Positions 40,901 through 52,490 of a stretch of 64,000 bases of DNA are shown one piece after another. Position numbers and translations under genes: made by a program. Under the pieces are notes generated by a model. That model saw only the letters and a program-made list of their open reading frames with translations, ran no database searches and was not told where the DNA came from. The stretch's first letter is position 1. Each line of letters starts with the position of its first letter. The stretch lies in NCBI GenBank assembly GCA_047967505.1, contig CM106538.1, one strand, 5' to 3'. The DNA comes from Dipteris shenzhenensis (Eukaryota).

Positions 40901-41580
40901 ATCACAAGATTCTGTTCCAATAACTATGATATATTGAAACTAAAATGCAATCACCAGCTTCATCAACTTACACGCATTCTAATCTTATTACATATAGACA
41001 TGCCACTTGCATTTGCAAAATTTGAGTAAGTCAGAATTACTATAAAGGAAGTTTGGCACAAAAATATGAAGGCTTATATTCATAACCCCATAAAGGAGGT
41101 TTACAACATTCTATTTAGAGCATTTGGAAAGCTTTCATAATTATGAGTATAAGCATTTGCAACCCATTTGCAAGCTTTGGGTTTATATAGGAGTAGCTAG
41201 ATGTCCCTTCCTTTTTATATATTTTTCCTTTGATGTCGTTCCCTAGCTATATGAGATACTAATCTACCTTCTTTTAGATAGTGATGTCTATCATCAAGCC
41301 AACTACCATCCCCAATGTAAAGTATCACAAGATTCTATCCCACTAACTATAGTATATTGAAATAAAAATGTAATCACTAGCCTCCTCAACTTACATGCAT
41401 TCTAATCTTGTTACAAATATACATGCCAATTGCACTTGCAAAATTTGATTAAGTTAGAATGATGTAAAAGTATTTTAGCACAAAACATGAAGGCTTGTAG
41501 TCATAATCTATTAAGGTAGGTTTATAACATTTGGTTTAGAGCATTTGGAAAACTATGTAATAATTATGACTACAAGCATG
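40901..41580. repeat. Diverged direct repeat of about 260 bp with about 423-bp spacing
   Basis: ATCACAAGATTCT...GCATTTGGAAA block occurs near 40901 and near 41324. Confidence 0.75.
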
Positions 41581-42997
41581 TGCCATCTTTGGGAAGATGC
41601 TTGTAGTTAAGCATTTGCTAAAAGCCACAAGTTAGAATTTGCTCTGTCCACCACAGAACTAGACAAGGCTCAAGAACCAACTGATATAAATAGAGCAAGC
41701 TCTCCAAACGGAACACACTCAAGTGCCATTCAGGCAATGGGCCAACAACTAGAGGAAATTAGTAGAGAGAACCGAGCCATTGTTGTCACACTCCAAGAAA
41801 GGCTTTAGAGCCTGGAAGTAGAGCTCTTAGAAAAACAAATAAGATCAGATAGCCTGGAGAGACAAATTCCAACCTAAACAAAGAACTCCAGGAGTATCGC
41901 AGGATAGTTAGACAAGGTTCAGGCTATGCAGACCCGATAAATTGAGGCTCTGCACTCTCAACTCCAAGTATAGAATACAAGGGCCCTCCAATTGAGCTAG
42001 CAACTGGAGCCGTAAACGAGAAGCCTGACATTGACAACCATCGAGACGAATAATTGAAATGATTGTTGAGAGCATTGACTCACCTAGGCACACTTATTCA
42101 AACCATGCATAGTGGAAGACAGCCTTCACTTTTACATAAACATCCTCACAATGGCCTTTGCACTAATCAAGATAACCCCTCCTTCCCCCACGCCCCCACC
42201 TCACACTCGCTTGTAACGTGAGTCACCGCCCATGCAAGTGAGTACACCTTTCTCCCTTTTATGGTCTTCTCTACTTTGTTTTTCCTCTTCACTCACACAT
42301 TCTTGGCGTACTGCTCTCTTTTTCCTTTCACTCGCTTAATGCGAGTTTGCCTACTTTACTACTTGGCGCGCTCATAGGTCCTTTGCTTTTCCTTTATCGT
42401 TGGGTTGCTCACCAATTGTGTTATTGATCGCCAAAATTGCAACGTTCTTTACATGACGCTTCTTTCCCTCAAGCTTCTTTACATTAGGAAAAAAGGGAGC
42501 TCATTTTGGGGCCTTTTAGGGTTTCAAAAAAATGTCTCTCAACCAATGATGAGAAGGCCAACATAACATAGAAATTTTACAAAAATAGGCAAAAATATGA
42601 AAAAGAAAATAGTACTTTATGTTGTTACAAGCGTGTGGCATTAATGAGAAGATTTGTTTTTTATTCTTTTATGGTTCGCCTATCGTACCAAGAGATGTGA
42701 ACCCAAAATCTAAAGAAGGCTCCATTTAAAAACCTTCCCGCATGGTGACCCAAAACAACCATCCACTTTCTCTTGTTCTCCGGTGCCATTCCTCTACTTT
42801 CACCACGATGAGCCATTCTATTCTCTCTTTGACAAGCATTCCTCATTGCATCATTGTTGTTGTGATGCTCTTAAACTTTCAAGACAATAAGCTCCTTTCA
42901 CCATGTATTTGCTTGTTCTCAGTTTTGTTCATTTTTGTTAATGTCTTAATATTTTACTGTATGTTTGACTTTGCAGGTATTAGAGTCAGGATTTCAC

Positions 42998-44061
42998 ATG
43001 GCAACCTAAAACTTTGGTCATGCCACTAGGAAGCGGTCTGTCACTCTACCTGGCAAAGATGTGGATGTACAAAGTATCTCTTTGCCGTGAAAACCTACCT
43101 CACTAATCTCATGTGTAGAAGTTTCCAATATTGTGAATGTGGATGGTAGCTGGAAAAGGATAGCAGTGGCGAAAGGAGATTGGGTTCTAATGCAACCCAA
43201 CAAGCGGAGAAAGCAGCAATCAACTAACACTTTTTTGGCTTCTTGGAAGGGTAGAGATTTCAAAGTAAAAAAGGAAGGCACAAGATGCGTTAGAGAGATT
43301 CGAATACAACATGACTACATGCACTGAGAACTTGTATTACGAGATCATCCTACTTATCTTCCACACTATAGACCCAATTGTAAGTGTATTTGTGTAATGA
43401 AATACTTGAAATGAAATATCTGTTTCTTTCAATGATAGACACTCTCTTTGTTTTTGTTCAGATATATATCCCTGTGATCATACGAAGAGTGGCAACCATT
43501 GGAGTGCATACTGGGATTCTTTGATGCTTTACATGGTGCTATTGGGGAGCTACAGTACAAAGGTAGAAAATCAACAACCCTGGCTGAATCGGGTATATTT
43601 TTTTATGATCACTTTTATCAATTGATGGACAATGCTCACTCACACGGTTTATTAAAAAATCAAGATCTCTCGGCGTGGAATACAGTTGATTGGCCAGTCT
43701 GTGATGGCAGCATCACAGAATCCTACAGAGCCAAACTATTTTCAGAAGTGTAGCATTCCCTGAAGCCAAATATTGCTACCAGGATAGTTAAAATCAATGT
43801 TTTCATGCCACTTACAATTTTTGTAGAACTTTTTCAGGATTATCCGGTTAAAGTTTGTAAAACCATGTCGACTTTCAAAGCAAAAGGGTATATGATGTAG
43901 TTCCAATTCCAAAATTTTTTGATAATGGTTGGGATAGAATGGTGGCCAACAATGTGTATTGTGAGGTTGCTCATAACTCCATCAACATTAAGTACATGAT
44001 TGCCTCGCAAAACTTTATTTTCTCTTTTTACTATAAATGCAGTAGGATTATGTGGATGTAA
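42998..44061 (+). pseudogene. Spliced BAH-like-domain protein gene (intron 43380-43461), with stops and frameshifts
   Basis: Reconstructed IAVAKGDWVLMQP...WKGR...IRIQHDYMH*EL...N|YIYPC/SYEEWQPLECILG...GIFFYDHFY follows the BAH pattern (GDxV; xGxI; V.W.Y..E; LFxS..D..PxxxIxG; FF...Y). GTAAGT...TTCAG intron. Confidence 0.55.
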
Positions 44062-44232
44062 GGAATTAATCCATATGTCTACGTAAAACTTAGATCCATG
44101 CATTAATACTCCACACAAATTTTTCTTTAAAAAGTGTTTCCCTTGTAGCTTAGGTGGAGTAAAAAATTGAGGAAATGTTGTTGTATTCTAATCCATACCA
44201 TCCACAATAAGGCACATGTACTTGTCTGGATG
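44040..44232 (-). pseudogene. Fragment of a 'DGMDQ'-motif DDE-type transposase (DUF7869-like)
   Basis: HPDKYMCLIVDGMD*NTTTFP...KHFLKKNLCGVLMHG; the TAG sits at the Q position of the motif. Confidence 0.6.
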
Positions 44233-44359
44233 GAAAATATATAATGAAGGGCAACAAATTATAAAATTCACACTTCTGCGAGTAAATGCGATATGGCTGA
44301 CTTTTCAAGAGAAAACCTGAAAATCACATTTTAGAGAAAAAGTATAGCCAATGACTGAC

Positions 44360-45600
44360 TTATAATTCCAAATCCTTGTGGGTACCCTTTAATGAGTTGA
44401 ATGTATCGCATAGCTTTTGTTGTACATCTATATGTACCAAACTCCAATGATTGCTGCAAGAGAGACAAATAACATGAGGGGACTAGACCAAGAGGGTGTA
44501 AATTTAATTTAAACAATCAGGATTTTGACAACAGAGGGTAGTAGTGGAAAAGGTTAGGGAACATACTCTGAGCAATATGGGAGGAGAATCATATCAACCA
44601 CATCCAAATTACAAAAAGGAAACCACTTGGAGATGCTTTTGGTTGATGTCTTATTATCTTTCAGCTTGAAAGATATAGCTGGATCAACTATATACACAGA
44701 GTGTTGAAGGATCTAGTGGATATGACTCTTCAAAAAACTATAAAAAATAACTTCACTTAGCTTATGAGAAAGTGAATGCTACAAAGACATAAACATAATT
44801 GACATAGAAAGATATACTTACTATAGAGCTGCAAGCATGATTATGCAAGTCACATGTTTTTCTTTCTGTGCTAAAGCCATGATGCCATCTTCTGTCAAGT
44901 CCCAGGTCATGTCATCATTCACAGTCTAGATGGCTACTCTGATCCTTGGTCCAAGTTGTAGGAGCTTCTGCTAAATTTACACCATCCTCACTAATGTCTG
45001 GGATTGCAAGACAGACACTGTTTCTTTGACTCTTTTCCTAATGGACTCTTCATAGTAGGCAACCTTGCCTCTGGTATGAAGTTGGTGAAACACCTCTACA
45101 ACCTTGAATCCATCATCTTTAGGTTTCCTGGCTGGAGGTATCAACAAGATATCTCTCATTTTCAGATCATCCCAATCCTCTGCATTAAGGATCTTGTCAT
45201 ATCTATATCTCACCCTGACAAGTATTTGGATGTCTTTCTTCATGATGGTGACATTGTGTGCATGTGCTGCTACCATCATGGTGTCCATGAAAAGCTCTAT
45301 GAGCCACTCTTCACCAGCTTCTTGGAGAGCAAGTAGTGCAATCCTTTGCCAGTTCATGCATACTGCCCTGACTAGCCTCTGGAATGGTGCCATGGGTACT
45401 TCATATCTTATGGCTTTTTGAGCCTTCTTGATCTCCATCAGGATAGATCTGCTTTGGCTCACCCTTTTCTTCCTGTTCCTTGCTAGCATGTGCATAGGCT
45501 TCCCCTTCTTTGAAGATTTAGACCTGGATGGAGCTGTGGCAGCCCCTGCAATGTCAGGTCCTTTTCCTTTCCTTCTGGCTATTGCTTTGGTTCTTGCCAT
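44360..45600 (-). pseudogene. Histone H3-like / Ulp1(C48)-protease-like fusion gene; exons 45600-44822, 44737-44567, 44453 to about 44360; premature stops
   Basis: MARTK...PFQRLVR...ALQEAGE..L..LF.DT...A.HA..VTIM.KDIQ is an H3 fold (45600-45208). The same frame continues over GT-AG introns to KWFPFCNLDVVDMILLPYCSD|NHWSLVHIDVQQKLCDTFNSL, the Ulp1 HW..D/NS region. Confidence 0.8.
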
Positions 45601-45764
45601 AGTAGATTGTGCTCTTCTCCTTGAAAAATCAGCACAAGGAAATAAGCAACCTAAGAGTTTGCTTGAAAATGCGATATGGTGTAAAAAGATAGAGAAAAGG
45701 TTGAAATTGCATTTTTTAGCAAATGTTTTTGGACATACCCTAAGAACACCCATCATGCTAAAAG

Positions 45765-48190
45765 TTTTCTAGAAAACATGATATGGAGGAGAAAAACAAA
45801 GAACAAGCTCAAATCGCGTTTTTGAGCAAATATACTGAAGCCTACTCTAATCAATCAATTTGGACTCTACCATCCTCCTAAACCCTACGATGCAGATGAG
45901 ATGTGCTAAAAAAAACAACTCATAGAGTGCCTTTGAGAGAAAGCTATGGAATGGTCATTTCACCCTACTAACAGGAAAAACCAATGACTTGTGACAGATT
46001 GCTTACCTGGGCTTGTATGTACAGCTGGAGCTAGAGTTGGGGAGGTGTGAGATGGACCTGGGGAGGTTGTGGCTAGAGCTATAGTGGGTGGTGGAGCTGG
46101 TGAGGGAGGTTGGATTTGGAGCTACAGTGGGACTCTGTGGTGATGGAGGTAGTGAGGTTGGAGCTGGAGCTAGAGCTAGAGCTAGTGAGGTAGTGAGGTT
46201 GGAGTTGGAGGTGGTGAGATTGGAGGCAACTGAAACTAGAGATAGGAATGAAATGAAGGGTAGCTCTACTCAGAGGGGGTTTTGTCTCAAAATCTATGCA
46301 AACCAATGATGAGAAAATAAATGCACAGGAACCTAGAAGACCATTTTCCACATGTGTGGCTGACAAGACAAATGTGACATTCATTGAAAACTGTGCCCTT
46401 TCCTCTTATCTACACTTTCTCCATCCCTCTAACAATTCCGATCTACACTTTTCTCCATCCCTCTAGCAGTTCTAATCTGCATCACTGCCATCATCATCCC
46501 TCCCCACCCCCCCCAATCATCATCCCCCCGCCCCACCCCCACCCTTACTGCACCTATGTAAGAGCCACAGACAAGTCACCACGGCTTGTCATGGATAGAA
46601 AAAATCCAAGTACTCATTCTACCACTTAGGAATCCGCTATATTTCTTTGCTCTTGATCTGTGATTGTGTAGACCTCATCTTTTCTTAGGTGCCAGTACTT
46701 GTCCATAGAGGATAACATTTTTTTCTAGAAAATGTGATTTGAGGCCCTTTTCCATAAAAACACCCTATATTGCGTTTATTAGCAAAACATGCTAGGTGTG
46801 CACAAGCTTGTAGGGAGGACAAAATGAATGATACTCTAAAAAGCCTGGTCTAAAAATAGGTGCATGCAAACACTAGAAACTCTAAATATAATACCTTGAA
46901 GACCAAAATGTGTTTTCTCCCATCATTGGCCCCATCTACCTATACTTGTGCAAAAGTCACAATCTTGATCTATCTGATTCTATTGCATCAGCATTTATTA
47001 GGCATTTACCTGAACTTGTCTGGACATGATGTTTTTGCATCAAGAGGAAGGACTTTTTGCTAGAAAACGCGATATGGAAGAGAAAAACAAAGAAAGAGCT
47101 CAAATCGCATTTTTGAGCAAATTTTGCTTAAGCCTAATCTAATCAATTAGTTGTACTCTACCATCCTCCTAAACCCTAGATTGCAAATGAGATGTGCTTA
47201 CCTGGGCTTGTGTGTAGAGCTAGAGCTGGAGCTGGAGAGGTGTGAGATGGAACTGGGGTGGTTGTGACTGGAGCTACAATGCGTGATGGAGTTGGTGAGG
47301 TTGGAGTTGAAGCTGCAGTGAGACTCTGTGATGGAGGTGGTGAGGTAGTGAGGTTGGAGCTGGAGCTGGAGCTGATGAGGTAGTGAGATTAGAGCTAGAG
47401 GTGGTGAGGTTGGAGCTGAAGATGATTGGAGCTGGAGGTGGTGAGATAGTGAGGTTGGAGTTGGAGCTGGTGAGGTTGGAGCTGGAGTTGGTGAGGTACA
47501 TCACCCCCCCACCCCCCCTTACCGCACCTGTGCAAGAGCCGGGTCAGTGTGGATAACAGTTTGATGGGTGTCAGCTTGATGGGTTGAGATAGAGCTGTAG
47601 TGGGTCTGGGGGAAGGACCTGGAGCTGTAGTCGGTCAGGGTAATAGAACTGTTGAGGTTGTCTATCACAAGCCTGTAGGGAGGAAGATGAAACTAGAGAT
47701 GGAGATAACGGGAATGATTAAGTCTGGTAGCTTGGTCTAAAAATAGGTGCATGCACTCACTAGATAGTCTAAATATAGTACCTTGAAGACCAGTTTTGGC
47801 ATGTGTGGCTGACAAGTATAACTTGAATACATATCTCTACCATCTCCTCTTATCTTCACTTTTCTCCATCCATTCAATAGTTTTGAATCTTCATCTTCTT
47901 CCTTGTCTTCATCTGGACAATACTTTAGACCTTGCTTTTTTCCCATCATCATCCCCACCTACCTATACTTGTGCAAAAGCCATGGAGAGAAAGGATACAG
48001 GTACTTAAATACACCACAGTCTTGATCTACCTTTCCAATTGTCTTCTTCATCTATCTAATTCAACTCCATCAGCTAGTATTCATCTGCTTCATCTTTTGA
48101 ATGATCAAGACAACTATCTTGCAGATTCACCTGAATTTTCTCTGGACATGACGTTTTTGCACCAATAGGACTTTTTGCTAGAAAACCCAT
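45765..48190. repeat. Degenerate tandem array of about 1.1-1.3-kb units containing GGAGCT / GGTGAG low-complexity tracts
   Basis: Blocks recur: CTAGAAAAC..GATATGG..GCTCAAATCGC near 45770 and 47060; GCTTACCTGGGCTTG near 46001 and 47197; GGTCTAAAAATAGGTGCATGCA near 46847 and 47734; TGGACATGA..GGACTTTTTGCTAGAAAAC near 47021 and 48143. Confidence 0.75.
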
Positions 48191-51100
48191 ATACCACTGG
48201 GAAGACCTCCAACTTTTCTGCTCTATGCAATTTGATGGCCAGCATTCTGGAATCTCCTTTAGAATCCTGTGCATCAAGGTAGTCTCCTGGACAGAAAGAG
48301 AGAAGGAGCAGCTGATCTCTCCTAGAGGCATCCAACCCCCCTTAGATGGGATCCAAATTTGTGACCAGTATCTCAACCCTTTTCTGCATATGCTCCGAGT
48401 CTTTTGGAAATCCTGTTTGGCAATTGCTTGGCCATCTATTTTCACTACATTGCTCCACCAGATCGATTCATTTAGGCTGGCATTGCCCCTCAAACCTCCC
48501 AAACCCTTCCATGATAGTTTATTCACACAGCCCTTCCATGCCACAACTAACCCTCGTACCATATCCTACCCCACAATTCTCAAGGGGAAGTCTGAGAACA
48601 ATCTTTCATACCATAGAAGCCCTTTGCATACTCCCACCTTCATTCCTACCCCCTGCTCAATGAACCACCTGGCCAAAATCACCCATGGGGCTGACTCCGA
48701 GAACATTCGCGGGAGCGATTTCCCCACCAGTGACATGTTCTTGCAGGCAATATCCGGTAGCCCATATCCCCTCTCCTTTTTCTGGTTCTTTAAGGCTTCC
48801 CAAGCTATGTAGTGCATCCGTCTCTTCCCTTCCACTTCTGCCCATAGAAAGGCCCGTAGAAGTTTCTCTACCTCCTTCCAATGGGTTGTCTTGAAATTCC
48901 AGACTGTAGCTACGTATGTGATTGATGCAGATAAAATGTGTTTCACAATCAGCAGTCTGGCATTCCATCCTAGGCTAAGCCCATGCCAATGTTTTAATTT
49001 AGACTTAACTTTTTCTTTGAACCATAGGAAGCGCAGTTTCAGCGAGATGCCCATCCCAATAGGCACCCCCAGGTATCTTACTACCTCCCCGGTCTGTATC
49101 CATTTGATCAGCATCATGCTTAGCCACTCAGGTGGAGCATCTCCTGCAATTCTCATTCCAACAGATTTCCTCCAACTGCACACAGAGCCTGATGCTTGGC
49201 AGAAGGGTGAAACGGACTGCTTTAAAACTTGGACTGAGCCAATCTCCTCTCGGCATATGGCCATCAGATCATCTGCAAATAATTGAGCAACAAGCTGTTC
49301 ACCATTTGGTAGTGACAGCCCATGCAGGGAGCCCTCAAGCAATCTTTTCTTCATCATCCTGATTAGGGGGACTGATCCAATTGCAAACAATAGTGGGGCA
49401 ATTGGGCAGCCCTGCCTTATAGATCGAGTCAACTCGAATGCTCCCACAACCCCCCGATTCACAGAGAGTGCAACAAAGGCATTCCCAAATAGAGATGAAA
49501 TCAGTCCACAGAATCCTGGCCCAAACCCGAGCCTGTCTAGTACCCTCAGGATGTAATCCCAGCGAATTCGGTACATATGCTTTGTCAAGGTCCAGGCCGA
49601 CCAACAGGCACTTCTGCTTTGACTTCTCAGCGTAGTCCAAGGCAAGGCTTACAATATTATCGAAAATATCCCTGTTCTTCACAAATTCACATTGCTCTCT
49701 GTCAACCACCTTCGAACAGATATCCCTAATCCGTAAAGAGAGGGCCTTAGCTATCACCTTGTATGATGTATTCAGCATTGATATTGGTCTCCAATCCCCA
49801 ACGCATAGGCGATTCGGTTTCTTTGGGAATAATTTGATAAGCCCAGTGTTCACATCTTGTGACAAGTGACCTTTCCTCATGGCATCATTCGCCATCAATG
49901 TTAGATCTCTGCCTAGCACATCCCAAAACTCCACAAAGAATTCGGTCGTTAGTCCATCTGAACCGGGGGACTTGTCCTGTTTCATGACCCTTAAGGCATC
50001 CCTTAACTCTTCCTATGAAAAGGGAAGGCAATCAGAACTATTTGCGCCTCAGAGACTTCAGGTTGGATACCCTCCACGAGGAAGTCAATTGCTTCATGCC
50101 ATTCTTCATCCTGCCTAACTAGTTGCCCCAATAGCCCTTTTAGATATCTCAGAAACACCTCTGCAATATGCCAGAATTCATACACAATTCTACCATCCGG
50201 ACCCATTACTATGTCAATCTTTTCCCTTTGATATTTTCTTTTTTCTGCTTGGAAGAACAATTTAGTAGGGCAGTCTCCTAATTGCAACCAGGTCTGTCTA
50301 CTAAAGACTCTTGCTCTGTGAGCCTCCTCCAGTTCCCTGGCATTCAGTTCTTGTTCTAATTCTACCAATAAAGTGTATAGCTGAGTATCCTCCGGACACC
50401 CCTCGAGAGCTGTCCTCAACCTTTGTCGGACCTTTATTAACTCATTCACCTTCCATTTTCCAGTCTTCTCATGTCTTTCCCAGTTTTTACAAGTCCTAAT
50501 CACAGCTCTCACTGCATTGTCCCAGCCCGCACAAGGACCCTCCATCTCTGCCCTGGCATGTTTCCAGGTCTGCCTAATCAATTGACAAAATTTCTTGGAC
50601 CGCAAGAGCCTTTTGTTGAACTTGTAGGGCACATCATGAGACCGTGCAATTGCAGCAGAGATCCCGAATCTCCAGATAATTGGTAGGTGGTCTGAGAGAC
50701 ATGTCTCTACTACATACTCCCCCCCCAATGGGACCCTCATCCACCATCCATCCCCCGAGGCATAAACCTTGTCTAATCTTCCTGCTCTGAAGGCATCCCC
50801 CTTTCTTTTATTGCTCCATGAGAAGCCACCAATACCTTCAGCATCTATGTCTGCACAATCCACTAACCTGAAGTTCATACTAAGTTCATCCCATGCATCT
50901 GCTTCCATTGTTGTAATTCCTCCATTGGAATGGGATCTATTCTCGCCCGTTTCGGTGAAGTTCCAATCTCCTGCTAAAATCCACTCATCATCCGAGAGCT
51001 TCTAATTTAAGATCTCCCAGCAGCATGCTCATTCACTGGATTCATGCGGTGCATATATATTCAGTATCTTTATCTTTGTATTCTCTACATGGTTACTCAC

Positions 51101-52490
51101 TGCAATAAACCAGCCCTTGTCATCTCTAAACAGCTCTGTAGCTCCCAGACTTGTCTTCACTGCAATTGCAGTCCCTCCTCGTCCTCTGATCGGACAGTTA
51201 GCAAACACCACGTACCCTGCTCTAGCTAAGGAGAACCAGAAATGATCACTTTCTCCACATTTGAGCTCTTGAAGTAACACCATATCAGGATTATATTTAC
51301 AGATTACAGACATGCATCCCCGCTGCTTTGATGGCAGGCAACACCCCCTAATGTTCCATGACAGTAGGGAAATTCTTCTCGACCCTCCATTCCCTGATCT
51401 CAGGGTTATGTTACTGGTTTGCCAAGGCTCTGTAAGCATCCTTGAGAAGGCTGAAGCGGTTCTCTTTCCCTTGCCTTGCTGAACGAGCCACCTCTTTGAT
51501 CCGTTTTGAGATCGATCTTGTGCCACCCGCAATTGGGTCGAGCGCTTCCACGGGTTTCATGGCTGGCTGCTTTTCCTCAGATAGCCTCTTCTTGTGGTTT
51601 GCCTCGGCCATCTCCACATCCACCAGTGGGGCTTTAGCCCCCCTTGCCTTATCCTTGTTCGAGGCCACCTGTACGCTTGGGCGGGTATCGTCTTGCTCTT
51701 TTGGCACACTTGAGCCCATCTCCAACTTGCGGGTCTCCAGCTGTTCAGCGGATCCTCTAGCCGATGACGCTTCCAGGGTCTCCAGCTGTTCAGCGACTGT
51801 GTTAGATCCTCCAACTGATGATGCGGGAAGTTGGGCAGGTGCTGGACCCGGTGTCCCTTCGTCCTCAACAACCACCGTCTTTCCTCGCGACCCACTCGTT
51901 TCCATCCTTGGCCGAATATGCGGTGCATATGGAGGACATTAATGGTTGGGTGGTGCTACCTACTACTTTACAACTCCCTCTCCCTTCATACTGTTGCACT
52001 ATTCTCCACACTACTCTACTCAACATTCTCGGCTACTCCTCCTCTTCCAAAGCTCTCCCCACCATCCATGGCTTCACCTCAGGTACACTCGATTTCGCGA
52101 TGCACACGGACACCTACTCGCTTGCTACGTAATCTATGCATGCTTGGAACTCTGGGCACTCTTGGTTTCTCCAACGATATCTGCCGCAACTCTGCTTGCC
52201 TTCTCCCAAAGGTCTCCTACAGATGCGTACCCTCCCTTGTGCTCCGTCTTATCGCTATATATTGTCTGCTCCTGTGCGACATTCGTACGCTCAGACCTGC
52301 GCGTATCCGGGTCACTTTGTCCTCCCACCCTGGTGGTCTTCCTACGCATGGGCTAGCCACGCTACTCCTGGTAACTTATATTCCAAACGTGGGATTGTAA
52401 TGCACGTTCGTTCCCGTATGATTGCTCTGGTCTCCAACCTCGCTATCTTGGGCACATCACTTGCCATCCTGCCGGGCATAGCCGTAAGCA
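48190..52490 (-). mobile_element. LINE (L1/Tx1-like): ORF1 remnant, AP endonuclease and RT; frameshifted and 3'-truncated
   Basis: LLSWNIRG...VLLQELK, NIYAP, RLDKVY...SDHLPI, KSPGSDG, WRPISMLNTSYK, IRQGCPIAPLLF, FADD, YLGVPIG. Confidence 0.92.

Noticed and set aside
41640-42100. Coiled-coil-like reading frame as a fourth cassette gene
   Set aside because: Many stops, no motif, and no evidence linking it to the cassette.
44977-45756. Calling the 259-aa ORF the host CENH3 or a canonical H3 gene
   Set aside because: The likely start is MARTK at 45600. It has a long C-terminal extension into a Ulp1-like domain, a short loop 1 and a TE-like context.
46079-47504. Ser/Leu/Gln-rich ORFs
   Set aside because: They derive from GGAGCT / GGTGAG low-complexity repeats and show no domain signal.
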